64,000 nt of DNA from positions 21,948,001-22,012,000 of the forward strand of contig OZ024762.1 of assembly GCA_964016885.1 (NCBI GenBank), in the 5' to 3' direction. Positions within the stretch are counted from its first letter, which is position 1. Every line of letters begins with the position of its first letter. The position numbers were made by a program, and so were the translations under genes. Below the pieces are notes generated by a model. It was not told the origin of the DNA and made no database searches. It saw only the letters and a list, made by a program, of their open reading frames with translations. Origin of the DNA: Eledone cirrhosa. Lineage: Eukaryota. Positions 45,605-59,229 of the stretch are shown here, one piece after another.

Positions 45605-46140
45605 GTGCTCTCTGCGCCCCACTCCCCTCACTCGCTTTCTCTGCCCCCTCTCCTCGCCCTCTCTCTCTCTGCCTCTCTCCTCTCTCTCTCTGCCTCTCTT
45701 GCTTTCCCTGCCTCTCTCTCTCTGCCTCTCTTGCTTTCGCTGCCTCTCTCTCTCTCCTCTCTCTGTCTCTCTCTCTGTCTCTCTCTCTGTCTCTCTCTGC
45801 CTCTCTCTCGTTCTCTCTCTCTGCCTCTCTCTCGTTCTCTCTCGCTGCCTCACTCTCTCTCCTCCTTCTCTCTCCTCCCCTCTCCTCCTCTCTCTCCTCC
45901 TTCTCTCTCCTCCTCTCTCTCCTCCTCCTCTCTCTCCTCCTCCTCTCTCATGCACACACACAAACACACATTCTCGCTCTTCTCTATCGTTCTTTTGTTC
46001 TCTTTTACCAAAATATATTATTTTCTATATATATTCTGTCTCTCTCTCTCACTCTTCCCCTCTAGCTCCCTCTTCCCCCTCTAGCTCCCTCTTCCCCCTC
46101 CATCTCCTCTCTCTACCCCTCTCTCCCCGCCTCTCTCATG
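45605..46140. repeat. (CT)n-rich polypyrimidine tract with a local duplication
   Basis: cgttcttttgttctcttttaccaaaatatattattttctat occurs at about 45988 and 46188. Confidence 0.85.
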
Positions 46141-46559
46141 CACACACACACACACACACACAAACACACATTCCCTCTATGCTCAATCGTTCTTTTGTTC
46201 TCTTTTACCAAAATATATTATTTTCTATATATATTCTCTCCATATATATATTCTCTTGTTCCCTTGTTCCCTTGTTCTGTAATTCCGTTAATCTGTAAGA
46301 ATATCGAACAACAGCAAACGTTGGCTGTTGTAGTCATGTTCTGGCTTAGATATATTTACTGCCCCTCGAGAGAGAGAGGTATGTGTGTGTGTGGTGATGT
46401 GTGTGCGTGGTGTGTGTGCGGTGATGTATGTGTGTGTGTGTGATGGTGTGTGTGGTGATGTGTGTGTGCGTGTGGTGATGTGTGTGTGTTTGATAAATAC
46501 ACTCGTACACAGCCATACGCACATACCGAGAAAAAGTTTGCGTGATGAACAGGGACTGT

Positions 46560-47190
46560 ATATATATATATATATATATATCTGTGTATATATATATATA
46601 TATATATCTGTGTATGTATATATATATCTGTGTATGTATATATATATAAATATATGTGTATAAATATATGTGTATATATATATAAATATATGTGTATAAA
46701 TATATGTGTATATATATATCTGTGTATATATATATATCTGTGTATATATATATCTGTGTATGTATATATATATCTGTGTATGTATATATATATAAATATC
46801 TGTGTATATATATATATATCTGTGTATATATATATATATCTGTGTATATATATATATATATATCTGTGTATGTATATATATATCTGTGTATGTATATATA
46901 TATATCTGTGTATGTATATATATATATCTGTGTATGTATATGTATATATATATATATCTGTGTATGTATATGTATATATATATACCTGTGTATATATATA
47001 TATATATATCTGTGTATATATATATATATCTATGTGTATATATATATATATCTATGTGTATGTATATATATATCTATGTGTATGTATATATATATGTGTA
47101 TGTATATATATATATCTGTGTATGTATATATATATATCTGTGTATGTATATATATATATATATATACCTGTGTATGTATATATATATATA

Positions 47191-47227
<37 letters not shown>

Positions 47228-47420
47228 ATGTATATATATATATATATGTGTATGTATATATATGTGTATGTATGTATATGTATGTGTATGTATGTATGTG
47301 TATGTACATATATAAGTATGGGTATGTATATATATGTATGTATATTTATGTGTATGTATCTGTATGTATATTTGTCTATGTATATGTATGTATATATGTC
47401 TATGTATTTATGTATATGTG

Positions 47421-47465
<45 letters not shown>
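46560..47465. repeat. [(TA)nTCTGTG]n satellite
   Basis: tatatatctgtgtatg units. Confidence 0.95.
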
Positions 47466-47466
<1 letters not shown>

Positions 47467-47597
47467 CAAGCTAGACCTTTTGATCGAGGCTGGCTGAAGA
47501 TTAAAGATTAAATAATTGTGGTTACTCACTATTTTGTTCTTTGTTGTAAGTGGTGTTAAGTGTAAGTTGAATGTAGCGAGATTTATAGTCTCATAGG

Positions 47598-47690
47598 TAG
47601 ATATATAGATAGGTAGATAGATATATAGATAGAGATAGATAGATAGATAGATAGATAGATATATTTCTTTATTTACTAGAAAAGCAAGAT

Positions 47691-47721
<31 letters not shown>

Positions 47722-48428
47722 TAGATAGATAGATAGATATGTTTCTTTTATTTGCCACCAGGGCATCAAAAGTGGGACAAGTACAATGGGTGGGGGGGGG
47801 AGAGTTTTCAAAACAAGGCGTCCTCAATAAGGAGGAGGCAATAACAAAATATAAAAATAAAATAAAATATAACAGAATAAAATATATAACAAAATCCTCA
47901 ATATAGAGGAGGCGCCTTGGGGGGTCGCACACACCCCCGAAAAAAGTGTGCAACCCTTTTCCTCAGGAGCACAGAGAAGGGGTGCTCCCTTGGTCTTTCA
48001 TCTTCCTCACCTATAGTCTGATGTAGAGTGAAGGCCCATTCACAATAGATAGATAGAGATAGATAGATAGAGATAGATAGATAGATAGAGATAGATAGAT
48101 AGATATATAGATAGATAGGTAGGTAGGTAGGTAGGTAGGTAGATAGATAGATATATAGATATAGATAGATAGATAGATATATAGATATAGATAGATATAT
48201 AGATATAGATAGATAGATATATAGATATAGATAGATAGATATATAGATATATATAGATAGATATATAGATATATAGATATATATAGATAGATAGATATAT
48301 AGATATAGATAGATAGATATATAGATATATATATATAGATAGATAGATATATAGATATATATAGATAGATAGATAGATATCTTTCTTTATTTGCCACAGG
48401 AGCGAAAGATAGATAGATATATAGATAG
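47598..48428. repeat. (GATA)n microsatellite containing LINE 3' ends
   Basis: GATA/TAGA runs interrupted at about 47665, 47740-48045 and 48380-48407. Confidence 0.9.
47740..48045 (-). mobile_element. 3' end of a Tx1-like LINE inserted in (GATA)n
   Basis: Minus strand: ORF end [10 protein letters not shown], a pyrimidine-rich 3' UTR, and terminus gccctggtggcaaataaaagaaac-(TATC)n. The same terminus appears at 48380-48407 and 40630-40660. Confidence 0.55.
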
Positions 48429-48435
48429 TTAAAAA

Positions 48436-48490
<55 letters not shown>

Positions 48491-48498
<8 letters not shown>

Positions 48499-48609
48499 AT
48501 ACTTGGGGAGGGTCATATTTGTGTAATATTGCCAGAATTAAAAATATGACCCTCCCCAAGTATAACAATATTTGTTTCGACACACAATTTCATATAAAAA
48601 ACCTCGCAA

Positions 48610-48612
<3 letters not shown>
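48491..48612 (+). mobile_element. Short fold-back element family G (30-bp inverted repeat plus right tail)
   Basis: atattgttatacttggggagggtcatattt / aaatatgaccctccccaagtataacaatat within (TA)n. The same end occurs at 13828-13855. Confidence 0.7.
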
Positions 48613-48673
<61 letters not shown>

Positions 48674-49287
48674 GTGGGTAAACCACTGGGAGTGAAGGAC
48701 CCCTAGCCTTTTTCTGGGCATTCTTCTAGGAGAAGGCAACTCAGGAAACTGGGATAACTTCGATATAAAACCTGCGGCTCAGTAGTTACCGATGATGTTG
48801 ATCTTTTCTTCTTTTCGGGGTTTATTGCTACTGTCGCTCAGAGAGTGGGATTGGCTCAGTGCACAGTCTTTCCTCACTTTAAAAAGTATCTTCACGCACA
48901 GGCATTGCAAGATAGAATTAATTAATAATGGTATATCGTACAATGGCCATACTCCATAACGAGGGGCCAGCTATCATATATATATATATATATATATAGA
49001 TATAGATGCAAGTGTCTATATAGATGCAAGTATATATATATATATGTATATATGTATGTATGTATGTATTTATATATGTATGTATGTATGTATGTATTTA
49101 TATATGTATGTATTTGTATGTATGTATCAATGTATATGTGTGTATATGTATTTTCCTCTGTGATCCTGTCTCTATTTTGTACTCCTAAAGAAGGGCTTAA
49201 CCCCGACATGTCGAACTCCCTTTCCAATATAAGGTGTGAAACTAATAAGAAATGCTGTACGTATATATATATATATATATGTGTGTG

Positions 49288-49388
<101 letters not shown>

Positions 49389-49523
49389 AAATATATATGT
49401 GTGTGTGTGTAAATATATGTATATATATATATGCATATATATGTGTGTGTATATATATATATATGTGTGTATGTGTATGTGTAAATATATGTCTATATAT
49501 ATGTGTGTATATATATATGTGTG

Positions 49524-49554
<31 letters not shown>

Positions 49555-49749
49555 ATGTATATATATAGAGTGAGAGAGGTGCACACTTTTATGTAGAAAT
49601 TTCAACAAAAAGCTTCATAGATGTTTATCTATGCATACATATAATAGCACAGGTGCATTTGTGCATATGTACTTGCAAATAGTGCAAGTCGTTAATACTT
49701 AACCTGGAAAGAGCAGTGAAATATACAATGGAGTATAGGTGGCTGTGAC

Positions 49750-50670
49750 CAAGGTTTCTAACATCGACACAAGGTCTTGCAATTTAGGGAGAAGTAGAAA
49801 ATTGACTAAATGAAGCCTAATCATTGACAGATACTTTATTTTATCGATCGTTCTTCTGTCCAGGGATTCGTTCCTGAGACATTACATTCTAACCACATCG
49901 AGCCTGGAAGAAAAAAAAAAGAAAGGCCATGTTGACCACGGTGGGATTTGAACTCAGAACGTAAAGATTTGTAACAAATACCACCACGCATTCGTCCGAC
50001 TAATTCAAATATAGATTTAATAATTGTTTCTACTTTTGGCACAAGGCCAGCAATTATTTCAGTGTATTACTGGTACTTTATTTTATCGACCCCCGTAAGG
50101 ATGAAAGGCAAAGTCAACCTCGGCGGGATTGATTTGAACTCAGAATGGCAAGGGCTGTAACTCTATGCATCAAAGCATGGCGTCCCACCCTCTACCGATA
50201 CCACCAATTAATAATGTTTTCTGATTTAGGCACAAGACCAATATATTTCGGGGAAGGGGAAAGTCGATTAAATCGACCCCAGTGCGTGACTGGTACTTTA
50301 TTTTATCAACCCCGTAAGGATGAAAGGCAAACTTAACCTCGGCGGGATTTTAACTTAGAATGTAAAGGGCCGTAACTATATGCCACAAAACATGTCGTCC
50401 GACGCTCTACCGATACTGCCAATCCACTGCCCTAACCATAGATTCAATAATGGTTTCTTATATAGGTACAAGGCCAGCAATTTGAACGGGAGAGAAAGTC
50501 GATTAAATTGACGCCAGTGCATGACTGGTACTTTATTTTATCGGCCTCGTAAGGATGAAAGGCAAAGTTAACCTCGGCGGGGTTTGAACTCACATCATAA
50601 AGGCCGTAACTCTTTGCTGCAAAGGAGGGCGTCCGACCCTCTACCGATACTGCCAATCCACAGCGCTAAC
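49750..50670 (-). mobile_element. SINE S2 cluster (about 4 copies)
   Basis: Reverse-complement S2 cores at about 50070, 50290 and 50525, plus a degenerate copy at about 49830. Confidence 0.88.
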
Positions 50671-50862
50671 TATAGATTTAATGATAAAATAATATCGATT
50701 ATGTTATGTGTTTGGTGTATAAGGGACGTCGTCTGCTTCGGCGGCTTGTGTTGTAATGGTTTGATCAATGAAACAGCCTGCCCGTGAAATTAACGAACAC
50801 GTGTCTGAGCATTCCACAGGCACGTGTAATCTGAACGTAGTTCTCAGGGAGAACCAGTATAC

Positions 50863-51375
50863 CATGGTGCGTGAGAAGGATGACTCTTTGAATTACAACT
50901 ACAACACTTTTGTTTTAACTGGGGAATAATATAGACCTGCTAACCTCTAAAAGCCCAAACGGGGAGTACCATGAAAGAAAGTGCCCAAAAACGGGAAGAA
51001 ATGAGGCAAACATGGTGCGTGAGAAGTCTGGCTTTTTGAATTACAGCTACAAACACTGTGACATAATACAGACCTGCTAACCTCTAAAAAACCCAAACGG
51101 GGAGTACCATAAAAGAAAGTGCCCCAAAACGGGAAGAAATGAGGCAAACATGGTGCGTGAGAAGTCTGGCTTTTTGAATTACAGCTAAAAACACTGGGAC
51201 ATAATACAGGCCTGCTAACCTCTAAAAGCCCAAACGAGGGAGTACCATGAAAAAGGTGCCCCAAAACGAGGAGAAATGAGGCAAAATGGGGAGATTTTAC
51301 ATAATGAAAGCTATACCCATTTTGACAAGTGGGTGGGGGATCTCCCCGTCGGACGGGGAGAGTTAACGGGTCTGT
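50863..51375. repeat. About 138-bp tandem repeat x 3 spanning a SINE/MITE junction, ending in a complete small TIR element (51208-51374)
   Basis: catggtgcgtgagaag at 50863, 51011 and 51149. The last unit continues caggcctgctaacctct...gagagttaacgggtctg. Confidence 0.8.
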
Positions 51376-51609
51376 ATAACAATATCGCATGAACCCTGTA
51401 GGAGTCGGGCGATCTGCGAGTTAGAGTAGCTTATATTTCATTATATCACACCCTCTATATGATATGAAATAATATCATACATCATATTTGATCATGTGTG
51501 TGTATGTAGTATGTGTGTATCTGTGCGTGTGTATATATATATGTGTGTGTGTGTGTGTTTATAATGTCTATATATCATGTGTATATGTATCTCTGTGTAT
51601 GTGTTTATA

Positions 51610-51650
<41 letters not shown>

Positions 51651-51727
51651 GTGTAGTATTATGTATATATTTATTCTGTGTGTATATATATGTGTGTATG
51701 TGTGTGTGTATGTGTGTGTGTATATAC

Positions 51728-51785
<58 letters not shown>

Positions 51786-52289
51786 TTACATATATATGTG
51801 TGTGTACTATGTTTATTCACGTTAGTAACAGATATTTCCGTTAATTTGAACTTTATAGTGTAATATTTGTGTTAATTGATCTTTTAATAATCTCTCTTTA
51901 CTTATTTTTATAGCCAAAATGGCTGAACCATTTAATAGACTGTAACTCTTATGAAAATCTAGGGCGAAGACAGTCGCGCGTATGGTCTAGCTTTGTGTAC
52001 ATATGTTCCTTTATATTCAAATATGTTGTACAATGTTTATGTTTTTGTTGTAGCTATACGTATAAATGTTGGCAAAGCTACGTGTGGAATGGATTATTCT
52101 ATAAATGTTTCAACTGTCAGCAAATATAATTGCCCGATAGATTTCATGAATGGAAATTCTATTAGTGAAGTTGTCAGCAATGTTTCCAACCTTTCTATAA
52201 TGGCGTATATAACTGACTCTGAAGATGTCATTGATATGTCTGCCATTTTGTATTCACACAGACGCATACAGAGAGAGAGAGAGACACAG

Positions 52290-52380
<91 letters not shown>

Positions 52381-52697
52381 TACATACATACATACACACC
52401 TTAGATATGTCTACCATTTTGTACAACATACATTCCCATTCACACATACACAGACGCATACACACACACTTACAAGCACACAAACACACCTTAGACAGGT
52501 ATATATATATATACACACAGGCCACCAACACACACATGTGTGTATATATTTTATATATATATATATATATATGACTCTGTGTGTATGTATGTGTTTCTAT
52601 GTGTATGTATATATTTATGTATGTATGTATATATATATATGTGTGTATGTATGTATGTGGGGGGGGGGTTGTATGTATGTATGTCTATATATGTGTA

Positions 52698-52960
52698 TGG
52701 AGGCACGTCGCCTAGTGGTAAGAGTGTTGGACTTAGGATCATAATGTCGTGGGTTCGGTTCCTTGGTCACGTTTGTGTTCTTGAGCAAAACACTTCATTT
52801 CACATTGCTCCAGTACACTCAGCTGAAAATGAGTACCAGCAATAGCTGGCGGTTTAACCCTGTGATGGACTGGCGTCCTGTCCAAGGGGCAGTCTTGTAC
52901 TCTCAGTTGTTCCACGCCATGAAACCGAGATAAGAACCGGCTTAACGAGCCTTCTGATTT
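52698..52960 (+). mobile_element. S1-type tRNA-derived SINE
   Basis: ggaggcacgtcgcctagtggtaagagtg A box, gggttcggttcc B box, gtgttcttgagcaaaacacttcatttcacattgctcc core, then ccctgtgatggactggcgtcctgtcca. Confidence 0.8.
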
Positions 52961-52965
52961 AAGAC

Positions 52966-53009
<44 letters not shown>

Positions 53010-53954
53010 GAGAGAGAGAGAGAGAGATGAAGAAGAGAGGAGGCTGTGTAGTTGCTGAATAAGGTATTCTTAAAAATAATAAGAAAGCATGAACGGGAGA
53101 AAGTTTTCCTTCATCAGTTGTCTGCTGAGTGTCTCGGATATTTCTACGCATTAAAGACAAGATAACTCGCCCCAGTGCGTTCAATAACTAAGGTAAGTTA
53201 TTGGGAAAACAAAGGAGGGAGAGAAAGAAAATATAGGATAACAGAAGTGAAAAGGGGAGAAAAGAGAAAAACAGCTAAATAAAGGGGGCTATATGACCAC
53301 TGGTGGGTTTGAACACAAGAATGTAAATAGTGAGGAACCGCTAAAACGTATACTGCAAAAAGTTTTATCTTAGGCGTTAACGAGTCCACCAAATTCACTG
53401 CCTATACAAACGAAATTCAAATTTTACGAAGATTCTTTTATTCTTCTCTTAATGATACATCCGTTTCCTGTCCAATATACTTTGTTCTTTAATGAAGCTG
53501 TATATTTCATGAGAACAACGAAGATTTCAGATTAGAAAAAAAAATGTAGGAAAAAAACTGTTATTTGCGTTGTTTACGTGAAAAAGAAAAAAAAAATGCT
53601 CAATTCTGCTTAATTACATTCCTGCATATTATATAATTTTATTATAATTTATTTTAGTTTTGTTTTTTAACTAATTTAAGTAAGAGTTACGCAAGATTTA
53701 TTGTTAAACTGGAAAGGCAGAGTCAAAAAGAAAATGGCTGAAAAAATACGTCGTATAAAAAGATCAGTGTAAAGATATAAATGAGAGAAAATAACTGCCA
53801 GAGATGATCATGTAATCATTATAACACAACCTTGACGACCATATTTGAGAAATTTCTTAAACAAACTATGGTCAATAACATTCCAGACTATGCATGTGTA
53901 CCTAATACACACATATATATTTCTTTATATATGTGTGTGTGTGTGTCTTTTACG

Positions 53955-54014
<60 letters not shown>

Positions 54015-54083
54015 CATGCGTCTCTAATGCATACATAAATATTTATGAGTGCGTGTGTCTAATTCACACACACACATATATAA

Positions 54084-54119
<36 letters not shown>

Positions 54120-54142
54120 GTGTATGTATGTATGTATATAAA

Positions 54143-54174
<32 letters not shown>

Positions 54175-54202
54175 CAATAATTTCCTTATTATTATTATAT
54201 AC

Positions 54203-54240
<38 letters not shown>

Positions 54241-54277
54241 TTATATATATACGTGCATATATATACGTATATATATA

Positions 54278-54318
<41 letters not shown>

Positions 54319-54410
54319 ATAGGTGTATATATATATATGTGTGTGTGTGTATATAGGTGTGTATATATGTGTGTATATATATATGTATAAACATGTATGT
54401 ATATATGTAT

Positions 54411-54448
<38 letters not shown>

Positions 54449-54869
54449 ATATATATATATACATACATACACACACACATACACACTCACATACACACAC
54501 ACAAGTACACATGGCTGTCTGTAGTTGTGTGTGTATGTACAAATTGTTTCAGCTCACTAACAGCCATTAACATGAGAACGGCAAACAATGAACGGTAATG
54601 TGACTGTCACCCACTCATTTTCGCACACGCACACACGCACGCGCACACGCACGCACCGGCGCGCTTTTTAACACATACGAATACATGCATACATACACAC
54701 ATTCTTTTACTGGTAATGTTGTTGTCGATCTCTTCCTGTCGGACCGCTATGTTACGGGATATAAATTTAGACACAAGCTCAAACGTAAAAATATACATAT
54801 ATATACATAGCTGTGTATATATGTCTTCCCTCTCTCTCTCTCTCTCTCTCTCTCTTCCTGTGTATAAGT

Positions 54870-54930
54870 ATGTATAAATATATATATGTATATATATATA
54901 TATAAGTGTATATAAATATATATATGTATA

Positions 54931-55011
<81 letters not shown>

Positions 55012-55167
55012 GTATATGTATATATATATATATGTACATGTATGTGCATATATATATATGTATATGTATATGCATATGTATACAATATGTATATATATAT
55101 ACATATATATATATATGTGTGTATGTGCATATATATATATATACATATATGTATACTTATGTGTGTA

Positions 55168-55206
<39 letters not shown>

Positions 55207-55477
55207 ACGTATGTGCATATATGTATATGTATATGTATGTGCATATATGTATATGTATATGCATGTGTATATATGTACATATACATATATATATATATGT
55301 ATATATACATATATGTATATATATATATGTATATATACATATATATATGTATATATACATATATATATGTATATATATATATATGTATATATACATATAT
55401 ATATATGTATATATATATATGTATATATACATATATATATATGTATATATATATATGTATATATACATATATATATG

Positions 55478-55557
<80 letters not shown>

Positions 55558-55652
55558 TATATGTATATATACATATATATATGTATATATACATATATAC
55601 ACATGCATATACATATACATATATGTATATATATATATGCATATACGTATAC

Positions 55653-55732
<80 letters not shown>
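54870..55732. repeat. (TA)n-derived satellite
   Basis: Low-complexity array. Confidence 0.95.
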
Positions 55733-55920
55733 TAGTAAATATTTAGTGCCCGACGGCTGACAATACATACACTCTACTTTCCCAAGTATCAAGTGCTTAA
55801 CTGAACATGGTCTTACTAGTCTAAACCGGTAACTCCCAATATATATATCTACATATCTATATACATATTTATATACATATCTATCAATCTATATATATAT
55901 CTATATATATATCTATATAT

Positions 55921-56115
55921 AATATATAGAAAGGTTTCTACAGTGCTAGAACTGCTTCATTAGCGAGAAATCATCAGGCTTCCTGATGATTTCTCCCGAA
56001 TGAAATAGTTCTAGTCCTGTAGAAGCCTTTCTATATTATATATGTATACTTTGCTTTGTATTGAGTACCTTACTTGCTGTGGTTACCCCCGATTGAACCT
56101 GGGATAAACTTACAC
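55921..56115 (+). mobile_element. Hammerhead fold-back element, family A (copy 3)
   Basis: 55976-56028 reads aggcttc-CTGATGA-tttctcccgaat-GAAA-tag-ttctagtc-ctg-TA-gaagcct (7-bp stem I). The diverged inverted arm is at 55924-55977 and the family A tail is on the right. Confidence 0.85.
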
Positions 56116-56173
56116 ATATATATATATATATATATATATGTTTCCGTACGTCGAGTTTTCCCATTTTCCTGAG

Positions 56174-56211
<38 letters not shown>

Positions 56212-56294
56212 ATAATAATAAATATGAAGACTAAAATCCATCTTTGCTTAAACTTTAATCTGTTATTTTAATACACACACATATATATATATAT

Positions 56295-56403
56295 GATTTT
56301 TAATGCGATGAAATACCAATGATCGTTGGCAAATCACTGATGAGGGACTCATTTTATAATATGTAATCCATGTGCAACCATGCAGTATTCTTCTCCCCAT
56401 GTT

Positions 56404-56475
<72 letters not shown>

Positions 56476-56628
56476 ATAAACGTGCTGCGTGGTTGCAAAT
56501 GGGTTACATATGAATAAAGTTAGTCCTTCACCAGTGATCTTCCAACCATCATTGGTATTTCATCGCTTTCGATGAAATACCAATGATGGTTGGAAGATCA
56601 CTGATGAAGGACTAACTTTATTCATATA
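56295..56628. mobile_element. Family B elements: one + copy, (TA)n, then a palindromic copy centred at about 56567
   Basis: tatgaataaagttagtccttcaccagtgatcttccaaccatcattggtatttcatcg-cttt-cgatgaaataccaatgatggttggaagatcactgatgaaggactaactttattcata. The first copy has GAAA-t-accaatg-a-TC-gttgg. Confidence 0.8.
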
Positions 56629-56633
56629 TATAT

Positions 56634-56956
56634 ATCCAGTGTGTCCATGTAGGGGCTCCCAAAGGAGCACTGAGTGCAATGTCAACTCTGGATGTCGGTG
56701 AGCATGTCCAGCTAACCTCAGTCTCCTCTGTGTCACTTTTGAGCTGACTTTTGGGATGCTCCCATACAGCTCTGAGTAATTCGTCCTCAGTGTATACTGA
56801 TTAATGTTCAGAGCCATCCTCAACATTCTCGTGTAGCACCCATCCACCATCTGAGTGAGTTTCTTGTTGGAGACGCAGGACATGGCAGCGATAATGAGGG
56901 ACAGAGACCGCTGGAGAGAACTCGTCCATGGATCTCGGGAATTTTACCCGCCTTAG
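56634..56956. mobile_element. RTE-group LINE 3' end with a 5' inversion
   Basis: Minus strand 56634-56870: KKLTQMVDGCYTRMLRMALNI...LYGSIPKVSSKVTQRRLRLAGHAHRHPELTLHSVLLWEPLHGHTG. Plus strand 56867-56956: LETQDMAAIMRDRDRWRELVHGSREFYPP* followed directly by (TA)n. Confidence 0.8.
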
Positions 56957-58132
56957 ATATATATATATATATATATATATATAGGAAAATGTTCAACACC
57001 CCGGCGGGTACTGTATTTTTTTCTATCTCTTTTATATCTCTTTCTCACTTCCTTTCACTTAGTTTTTCTTCTTGCTGTGCTTGGTGTTGTTCTTATTGTC
57101 GTTGTTCTTATTGCTGTTGTTCTTATTGCTGTTGTTCTTATTGCTGTTGCTGTCATTGTTGTTGTTGTCATCGGTGTTGTTCTTATTGCTGTTGTTCTTA
57201 TTGCTGTTGTTGTTGCTGTCTTCTGAGATGCTAATTATTTTGTCGGTCGTACAACAATATATATTTGTTGTTGTTGTTGTTTTGTCTTTTCTTCTTCTTC
57301 TTCCCCCCTCCCCCTCTCCCCCTCTCCCCCTCTCTCTTCTCCCCTTTCCTCGCTCTCGCCCTTCTCCCCGCTATCTCCTTCATTCCCCTTCTCCCCCTCT
57401 CTCTTCTCGATTTCCCTCGCTCTCCCCCTTCTCCCCGCTATCTCCTTCATTCCCCTTCTCTCCCCTCCCTCCTTCATTCCCCTTCTCCCCCCTATCTCCC
57501 TCATCCCCCTTCTACCTCTCAATCTTTTCCCACCACACCCATAGTGAACGTCGCTTTTTCGTGAATGGCACCATAATCTCACAGCGAAACAGGCTGCAAA
57601 TCTCGTACGACAAAACCGTTTATACACTGACAATTAGCTGGTTGGTATTCCTTCTATTGTTTCCAACAGTAGTACACAGGCAACAGTCTGGGAACTGGGG
57701 GGATATTTGTTTCATCAGTGCATGCTTTTAACATCTATACAACGTTTATCAGGCCCGTGGCAACTCTGTTAAACTACTTTTTTTCTTGTTTCTTTTTCCC
57801 ATTCAACAAATTTTATTTATTGTTCTCGCCTCACTTTGACTTGTAAATCAGTCTGTTGCAGTAGTTTTTCATGTTGAAATACACACACACTCACACACGC
57901 TCACTCACACACAGACACTCTCACACACACACAGACACTCTCACACACACTCACACACACTCACACACACACTCATACATATATATACATACATATTCCC
58001 CCTCTCTCTCATATATATATATATATATATGTAATGTTATTTGTACAAATTAAAAGTTTAAGCAAAATATTTCTACTTTCACCCTATGCGGGATCATCCT
58101 CTTTGGATGTGGGTCTTTTTTATTTATCATTA

Positions 58133-58166
<34 letters not shown>

Positions 58167-58340
58167 AAAACAATGAAATAAAAAATCAAGTCATTAGAGA
58201 TATACTTCACTGCTTTACGATCGTTTCTAGATGGTGATTATACATTGTAGCTATACTGAGTTATTGATCTATGTAAGTTTACAAACTATCAGATAGAGAC
58301 AATATTTACTTATATGCATATCACCACCTGTTTTCAAAAG

Positions 58341-58420
58341 CAATAATAATTTTATTCAATAATAATTTTATTCAATAATAATTTTATTCAATAATAATTT
58401 TATTCAATAATAATTTTACT
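58341..58420. repeat. 16-bp minisatellite, about 4.5 copies
   Basis: aataataattttattc in tandem. Confidence 0.9.
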
Positions 58421-58579
58421 CGGAATTAGTATCATGTCCATATTTGGAGGTAGTTGAAGAACTAACGAATCAAATTGTTTTTTTCATATGGTGTTAAGAT
58501 GAAAAGTAATACACTTTAGTTGAGGTCATGACCCTTTGAGTTCTTCATACAGAATAGACCCCACAACTTACAATGGATA

Positions 58580-58618
<39 letters not shown>

Positions 58619-59229
58619 GTAATCTGAGTTTTTCGAATATTAATAGCATTCGGTTCGTTTGCAATTATGCAAACAAGCCTCATTTTTAAAGCCATGTCTG
58701 TAGAATGAAACTTTCATTCTTTCTCTTGTGTTGGCATGCTTTTTGTTGTTTATATATATATATATAAGTGTGTGTGTGTGTGTGTGTGTGTGTTTCTTTG
58801 TAGCCGTGGAGTTACATCAGCAACACGATGTTCAGTATTTTCAGGTAGGTCCGATGGCTTAACCTTTACGTATATATAATATAACATATGATGGTAGACT
58901 CTCCTATGGCGTGTGACGGTTCAACAGTTTCACCAGTTCAATTTTCTATGTTTATGCCTTAAATGACACTTCAGTCTAGCTGTTGATCTACACATCAAGT
59001 TGCATTTATTGCAGATGACAAGATTTTGAGCGGAGCAGGATGGAATATTTGATCAGATCTTGATGTTAGATCTTAGATCACGAAGATGGACCAGGCGAGA
59101 TTTTTCATAGTTTTTTTATACCTTCATGGCAGACAGCTCTCCACTTTCCACTGTCAGCAACTAGGGCTTTAAAAGAAGTGATTGGTATATTCACAGATTT
59201 AAGATTGTAACCTAGTTTGTCATTATATC

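Noticed and set aside
49150-49262. Possible hammerhead (CTAAAGA...GAAACTAATA) in a TA-flanked insert; similar case at 31960-32050
   Set aside because: The core is mutated and there is no convincing stem I/III, so it cannot be supported from one copy.
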